From the NCBI GenBank assembly GCA_016182555.1, contig JACPGJ010000002.1, positions 48,040 to 112,039 on the forward strand: DNA of 64,000 nt, given 5' to 3'. The stretch is from Candidatus Kerfeldbacteria bacterium (GTDB taxonomy: Bacteria > Patescibacteriota > Patescibacteriia > UBA9570 > XYC2-FULL-38-9). The notes beneath the pieces are model-generated. The model did not search any database. It worked only from the letters and a program-made list of their open reading frames with translations, and was not told the DNA's origin. Position numbers and translations under genes: made by a program. Of the stretch, positions 59,201 to 64,000 are shown piece by piece (within the stretch, counting starts at the first letter, position 1; each line of letters starts with the position of its first letter).

Positions 59201-59709
59201 AAATCATAACCATACACATCATCCACATACCCATTGCTGTCGTTATCAATGCCATCATCAGCGGTTTCACCAATGTTTATCCAACGATTAGCGTTTAAAT
59301 CTTCATGTGCATAATCCACGCCGGAATCCACCACGGCAACAATCATTCCTAATCCAGTGGCGCCATTCGTGCTCGCTGCTTCCACGGCTTGTACGTTATC
59401 CGTGCCCCAGGATGTTTCTTGCCCATACGCGTGAACAAGCGGGTCACATTCGGCATAGGCCGTAGACGCTTGTGCATCCCATTCGTTCACCGCATCATCC
59501 ACTTGATCTGCTGAATCTACTGGAACGCTGATTCGTTGTCCATTTGTTTGTTTCACAATAATGTGGTTGGTGGCACAACCGGCATTGGTTGGTGTGTTTC
59601 CCGAATTCCATAACTCATCAGCACTTGTTGTGCTGGCGGCGAGGGGGTGCACAGGAAGAAGCAAAAGAGATGCAGCAACAAACCAGAAACGAATAGAGAA
59701 ATTGGTCAT
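56299..59709 (-). CDS. Secreted S8 (subtilisin-like) protease with Ig-like/IPT and peptidoglycan-binding domains
   Basis: VVDSGVD, HGTHVAG, GTSMASP triad; C-terminal FQ..HGL..TG.LD motif. Confidence 0.93.
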   Translation of the reverse strand: MTNFSIRFWFVAASLLLLPVHPLAASTTSADELWNSGNTPTNAGCATNHIIVKQTNGQRISVPVDSADQVDDAVNEWDAQASTAYAECDPLVHAYGQETSWGTDNVQAVEAASTNGATGLGMIVAVVDSGVDYAHEDLNANRWINIGETADDGIDNDSNGYVDDVYGYDFIGSLYTSVAPDSEPQDEFGHGTHVAGIIAAEDNSIGVRGVAPSAAVMAVKVLDSEGYGYDSNIADGIRYAVDNGADIINLSLGSSLASNTLKEAVDYAVAAGVLVVAAAGNENSFTLPSYPANYAGVVSVGALTEDGEKAYFSNWGKVDIMAPGDDILSTTPGDTYTSYSGTSMASPFVAGVAALVAQTHALTTAAAIRQVLETTADDFGNMTGSDYVSGYGSVNALAATGTLNASSYLYADGGFILADGSDDIIVTVSVRDSSGNAVNGDNVTWSTSTGTLSASNSTTGVDGTTSVTFTADDTEGLATITATPTSTTGNTIAIAVLPDTVTPDNIGVNHYGENNDEAGTDFSDMHTQSYPGPDDINAFMQQNTSLSNNLFAAGDEITIWAEATTVDGENHHVQISYTVTDPSGTSIDALTGTTETIDLSTDWYSGMQQQINSAPLTIPTDAANGEYTLNVTITDIDSEETATRSTNFWIGELPTILVVDNSYCGDTTIYGWSAGGVSTCSTAGHTVADTLTSLGYSVMLWNSAQLYEPLDTDLLLFPAVIWLDTAFNEADSSVLQSYLDQGGNLLLSSESLASAETWETPSDFLWNYAHARYISTLFHPETVLGTTGGAFDGVTLNTNYFDLNGDSAHTNFSAEEIAINADDSVDTLFAYTNGNSTEKIAGLRVDNSTYRLVYLTFGIESINDDGDTTKASVLDTLTTWLLGNGAHITKVKNRFVNNNTDETVRVRGTNFLLTGTTHAYLNGMELSTVTVVDREHITATVPAGLPTGRYTFSLVMPDGTTLTAAKKVHIQKGGPIISNLSVQSISNNIDRTVQMNGQNFKPRSRVFFGKKRMDNVVFMNPYQMTVTIPAGFTPQRYRVHVKNPSGLRGSLHKKIRVRFGFTEELSQGISNAAVLYLEKRLHGLYLLKREADQVFDETTEHALLRFQLNHGLQQTGVLDYLTRVTLNATKETNQVE

Positions 59710-59781
59710 ACAATAGGCTAATGAATAAATATATTATTCATCATACTAGTAAATAAAAAAAAATTCCAGTACAATAGAGTT

Positions 59782-61101
59782 ATGAAATATACAAAAATTA
59801 TTTGTACGATTGGCCCAGCTTCACATACCAAAACACGATTGAAGCAAATGATTCGTGCGGGAATGAATGTGGCACGTTTGAATTTTTCTCATGGTGATTA
59901 TGCAGACCATGCAAAATTGATTCGCACCATTCGCCGTGCAGCGCAAGAATGTGGTCGACCAATAGCCCTGCTTCAAGATTTACAAGGGCCGCGTATTCGT
60001 ATTGGTGTTGTGCCGCGGGAGGGGATAATGATTCATAAAAAAGATTCCATTGTTTTAGTTTCACAAACGGAATATGCACGCGCAGCAACACCACGCGTAA
60101 AAGCAGCTATTTCGATCCCTATTCAATATGCCAAACTATACACTGTGGTGAAACCAGGCGGACGTATTTTGATTCAAGATGGGTTGATAGAATTGCAGGT
60201 GGAACGTATTGCAGAGAAAAATGTGTATTGTCGAGTAGTGCAAGGTGGTGTGGTATTTTCGCACAAGGGGCTTAATGCACCGGGCGTGACTATCCCTGCT
60301 AAAGTGATTACGGCTAAGGACGAAGCAGATTTGAAATTTGGGCTCTCTCAAGGAATAGATTATGTCGCGCTTTCGTTTGTGAAAGATGCAAAAGATATTC
60401 TCGATTTACGTAAACGTATTCCCGCGAAGAAGCGTGTAAAAATTATTGCCAAAATTGAACGCGCTGAAGCGGTGAAAAATTTCGATCGTATTGTCAACGC
60501 CGCAGATGGAATCATGGTGGCGCGTGGGGATTTGGGAATTGAAATTGGTTCAGCAAGCGTGCCGGTGCGGCAAAAAGAAATGATAGAGCAGTGTATACGT
60601 CTGGGCAAACCGGTCATTGTGGCAACGCAAATGTTAGAATCGATGACTCAGCAACCAAGGCCCACACGCGCCGAAGCTTCCGATGTTGCCAATGCCGTCA
60701 TCGATCATACAGATGCGGTGATGTTGTCCGCTGAAACGGCCAGTGGAAAATTTCCGGTAGAGACCGTGCGGATGATGGCAGAAATTATTCAACAAACTGA
60801 AGCTTCTCGTTTTGATGACATGTCTGAGGGTGTTCAAAGAAAAATGGTTCACCCGGTGTTTGACCTGTTTGGTCGCGACAGCATAGAAAAAGCACAATCT
60901 ATGCGTGCAAAAAAAATTATACTCTCTAGTGAATATGGTGAAGAAGCATTAGCACTCAGTCAACTACGTTCACAACAGGTTCGCGTTATTGTTCGTACTT
61001 CTCGTGCACAAACGCAGCGACATCTGGCATTGGTTTGGGGGATAGAAACTCAGCGGGTCAAGAAATTAAACAGATCTTCTCGGGTGTTGTTTCTTCGTTG
61101 A
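59782..61101 (+). CDS. pyk: Pyruvate kinase
   Basis: TKIICTIGPAS, RLNFSHG, IMVARGDLG, ATQMLESM. Confidence 0.96.
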   Translation: MKYTKIICTIGPASHTKTRLKQMIRAGMNVARLNFSHGDYADHAKLIRTIRRAAQECGRPIALLQDLQGPRIRIGVVPREGIMIHKKDSIVLVSQTEYARAATPRVKAAISIPIQYAKLYTVVKPGGRILIQDGLIELQVERIAEKNVYCRVVQGGVVFSHKGLNAPGVTIPAKVITAKDEADLKFGLSQGIDYVALSFVKDAKDILDLRKRIPAKKRVKIIAKIERAEAVKNFDRIVNAADGIMVARGDLGIEIGSASVPVRQKEMIEQCIRLGKPVIVATQMLESMTQQPRPTRAEASDVANAVIDHTDAVMLSAETASGKFPVETVRMMAEIIQQTEASRFDDMSEGVQRKMVHPVFDLFGRDSIEKAQSMRAKKIILSSEYGEEALALSQLRSQQVRVIVRTSRAQTQRHLALVWGIETQRVKKLNRSSRVLFLR

Positions 61102-62316
61102 TTTTCGACGTTTCACCCAAAAATAGAGTATCAATAATACAATACACAGACCAATGATACTCCCAAAACGTATCCCTGTTGATTTTTGTTTACCGATATC
61201 CGCAATCCGAAAAGAAAAATTTGTGCTGGGTGATTCTCCTCCAGGATATCGAAGGAATACGGCCAGGGTATATCTTCCTTCATCAATAATCGTTAGCGTG
61301 TCTGTAACGGGAGTGTCTGTTTGTGGTGGTAGCGCGTATGGCATTTCTCGAGTCTGTACAACCCGGTCTCCATCTCTGAGCTCGATAATCAGATGGGTTG
61401 GAATCCATGATGATGTGTTATTGATCGCTGCTGCGGCAATCGTGAGAGGAGTATTGTTTTGGTAGAATGCACTTGTCTCTTCCCGCTGTTCACCTTGCAG
61501 TGTCACCAATGCGAATGCAGGCGTGAATGCAATGGATTCCGGTGGCAGAATTTCTAATAATAACTGACGTTCCGCACTCACTGCATCTGCTGCATCAGTG
61601 ATTGATATATTCATCAAATAGTTTCCGACATCCAAAGAATTGGATAACAGATAAAATTGTGTTTGATCAGAAAAAGCGGAAACGGGGGCTTGCTGCATTG
61701 CTGCATCGTGGGTCATAAAGATGTGTTCATTCTCCATATCCGTGACGACAATGGAGATATGCGTAGGCGCAGCAGGAACATTGCCCGTATTACGCACTGT
61801 ATAAAAAATAGGTATTTCCCACCCAGATTCTTGTGGAGTAGTCATAATATCAGTCACCGTATATGCGGTAACGGAGTGTTGTTGTATCGTGAGTTCAACC
61901 GGAATGGCAAGCGTTTCCATAAGGGTTGCTATGGTATTAGAGTCATTGTGAGTAGGCGCAGCTGATGGTTGTTTGGAAATGTATATGTTTCCAGAAAATT
62001 GTTGGTCAACTATTTCTGCAGGCACTTGAATATGCACATGGAAGGGTATGCTTGAGCTATCGGCCGGTAAGGTGATTGTTGTTCCTTCTTCAATAGACAC
62101 AATAGAAGCGATGGTATCATCAATCACCAATTGATATGTACTTTCCTCTGTGTTCCCGCTATCACTGAGTGCAAATTGTACGGTATAGGAAGAATCAGAC
62201 ACCAATAGATCATTTTTTATTTGAGAAGGACTGATCCCTATACCAACACACCTATTCGGAATAGACCACGCAATGGTGATGAGGGTGATACTACACAATA
62301 GAGAGAAAAATTTCAT
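61066..62316 (-). CDS. Secreted, C-terminally anchored hypothetical protein
   Basis: Signal peptide, GISPS, NTGNV Ig-like motif, C-terminal TM with basic tail. Confidence 0.75.
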   Translation of the reverse strand: MKFFSLLCSITLITIAWSIPNRCVGIGISPSQIKNDLLVSDSSYTVQFALSDSGNTEESTYQLVIDDTIASIVSIEEGTTITLPADSSSIPFHVHIQVPAEIVDQQFSGNIYISKQPSAAPTHNDSNTIATLMETLAIPVELTIQQHSVTAYTVTDIMTTPQESGWEIPIFYTVRNTGNVPAAPTHISIVVTDMENEHIFMTHDAAMQQAPVSAFSDQTQFYLLSNSLDVGNYLMNISITDAADAVSAERQLLLEILPPESIAFTPAFALVTLQGEQREETSAFYQNNTPLTIAAAAINNTSSWIPTHLIIELRDGDRVVQTREMPYALPPQTDTPVTDTLTIIDEGRYTLAVFLRYPGGESPSTNFSFRIADIGKQKSTGIRFGSIIGLCIVLLILYFWVKRRKSTKKQHPRRSV

Positions 62317-62322
62317 ACATGC

Positions 62323-63999
62323 TTAATCAATATTCGGATCAGAAACAGCGGTAAAGGTAATCGTTCCAGAACAAGAACCATCGACGCCCGTTGTCGGCAT
62401 TCCCATCCCCCAATACAGTGTTCCTGTTGTTGAAGCATCAGTGCGTTGCGCAATATCGAGATCAATTTCTGTCGCAGAACCGGTTAATGCTGTTCCCGCT
62501 AAATCATAATCAAATGTGCTGGTACTATACTCTTCATTTCCAATCGACACTTTGCCAATAGTACACGAAAGCGCATATCCATCAGCCGGGGAAGAACCAT
62601 AACCAGAAACCGAAACATCAATACCTTCATTGCCCGTATTCGTAATGGTCGTGCTTTGGTTAGTGGTATCCGTATTCGCACCTAGTGCCAGTGTTCCATA
62701 ACTCACGCTCGATGTCACATTTAATGCTGTTAATGTATTCATTTCAATGGTATCACTATCTGTTGTCCCAGATTCTGTCGCGTCACTTGGGGTAATAAGT
62801 GCCGTCCAATTATCTGTTGAATTGACACTAGCAGCATCCGTGGGGTCAGCAAAATATTGTGTGTTAATAGTACAGGTATACGTTGCGGTATTATCACCTC
62901 CGCCACCGCAACTCCCACCATCTTGTGTACAGGAAACCGTGTAATGATTGTTATCATCATCCGCCGCACCGCTCCCCACTGAAGTTCGATAAAATTTTGC
63001 CTGGGCACTGGCAATATCACTACAACCATTCGTATCAGTGACAGTCGTCGTTACCGTCACCGCGGTTGTGGTATTTTCTGTCAGAGTCACTGATGCAGCA
63101 GCGGTATTAATGCTGGTGCTGGAAGCCACCGGAACAGCATTGCTGACAGCAGTAGTGGTAAATGTGATGCTTGATGACCAACTGGAATTGCCGCTGCTGT
63201 TGGTGTGGCGTACACGAATATAATAGGTCGTGTTTGTGGCTAATTGTGTTTGACCAACCAGTGCATTTTGAAACGTACCATTTGTTGTATCGACCGTGAT
63301 ACTCGTTTTATTTGTATTATCACTCATTTTGCACCACACAATATTGGTATCAGAACAATCGCTGTCAGAAAACGTATTATTATCAGAAATTTGCCAATCA
63401 GAAGTATTATGAGCGCCAATACCAGCGTAGGTAGATGACGTGGTGGTCGGATTTCGACTCACCCCAGTTTGACTCGCTGTTGGTGAAGTAATAGAAGGAG
63501 TATTTGGTATGCCATATACTGTACAATCATTCCCCGCTGTTGCTGTACTGGTTGCACTACCTCCGGTACAGCTGGTTGTTCCAGAAAAATTATAAGTGCC
63601 ACTTAACGCAATTAATCCGCCGCCGCCGCCGCCGCCTTTGGTTGTTGCGCCGTTTCCACCAGTGCCACCATTGGCGGTTAAAGAACCGATGCCACTTAAT
63701 GTGCCGTATGTTAAATAAATAGATCCACCAGCGCCACCACCGGCACCATAACCACCACCGGCTGCGCCATTTGAACCATTAGAAGTAATACTACCGTTAA
63801 TAGTCATGGTACCGGAAGCGGAAATTTCCACTGCTCCACCGCCATCACCACCGGTTGAACCACTGTTGTTACTACCTCCGCCACCTGATCCTAAATCAAC
63901 CGGTGCAGCAGCCGTATCATACGTACCACCACCAATACCGGTTGGAGACGAAGCACTACTGCCATTCCCTCCGGCTCCGCCATGGCCAGCGCCACCACC
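62323..63999 (-). CDS. Large Gly-rich surface protein with FN3-like domain, 5' end outside window
   Basis: Frame open to the window edge (GGGAGHGG...PVDLGSGGGG); TTYYIRVRH...SSWS. Confidence 0.8.
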   Translation of the reverse strand, partial: GGGAGHGGAGGNGSSASSPTGIGGGTYDTAAAPVDLGSGGGGSNNSGSTGGDGGGAVEISASGTMTINGSITSNGSNGAAGGGYGAGGGAGGSIYLTYGTLSGIGSLTANGGTGGNGATTKGGGGGGGLIALSGTYNFSGTTSCTGGSATSTATAGNDCTVYGIPNTPSITSPTASQTGVSRNPTTTSSTYAGIGAHNTSDWQISDNNTFSDSDCSDTNIVWCKMSDNTNKTSITVDTTNGTFQNALVGQTQLATNTTYYIRVRHTNSSGNSSWSSSITFTTTAVSNAVPVASSTSINTAAASVTLTENTTTAVTVTTTVTDTNGCSDIASAQAKFYRTSVGSGAADDDNNHYTVSCTQDGGSCGGGGDNTATYTCTINTQYFADPTDAASVNSTDNWTALITPSDATESGTTDSDTIEMNTLTALNVTSSVSYGTLALGANTDTTNQSTTITNTGNEGIDVSVSGYGSSPADGYALSCTIGKVSIGNEEYSTSTFDYDLAGTALTGSATEIDLDIAQRTDASTTGTLYWGMGMPTTGVDGSCSGTITFTAVSDPNID

Positions 64000-64000
64000 A

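Noticed and set aside
1-64000. tRNA, rRNA genes or an alternative genetic code
   Set aside because: No cloverleaf or rRNA signature noticed by eye; conserved genes are full length with TGA used as stop.

Overview
AT-rich bacterial chromosome segment (roughly 40% GC by eye; standard code). It is most consistent with a Patescibacteria/CPR (Parcubacteria-like) genome, inferred from SD-less housekeeping genes, an extended S6, an Arg-tipped EF-P and CPR-style FG-GAP/CSLREA/S8 surface proteins. There are three zones. (1) 1-11.9 kb is an accessory hotspot: intact and internally deleted toxin-antitoxin modules (PIN, MNT-HEPN) sharing a repeated promoter block, a long rod-shaped candidate ncRNA, two Bro-N genes behind a duplicated promoter/mini-terminator, and GC-rich, Shine-Dalgarno-led secreted/lipoprotein genes in structured leaders and trailers, two of which share an apparently unnamed Cys/Trp domain. 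(2) 12-54 kb is a large surface-glycan locus (GT4/GT2, four GT-C membrane enzymes, Wzx, Wzm, GtrA, Ugd, Uxs-like). It contains a PAPS module (sat, cysC, DHH phosphatase) with no recognisable canonical sulfotransferase but two alkaline-phosphatase/NPP-family enzymes and two small RHH-like proteins ending in 'RLxxLGYxD'. It also has a glycerol-1-phosphate dehydrogenase / cytidylyltransferase / two CDP-alcohol phosphotransferase module and four copies of a 52-nt covarying palindrome. (3) 54-64 kb holds rpsF-ssb-rpsR-efp, an S8 protease, pyk and two surface proteins. Best candidates for undescribed biology: NPP-family enzymes acting as non-canonical glycan sulfotransferases with a trans-encoded 'LGY' tail, and the class of foreign-styled (high-GC, SD-led, RNA-structured) genes. 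All annotations come from visual motif recognition; no searches were run.
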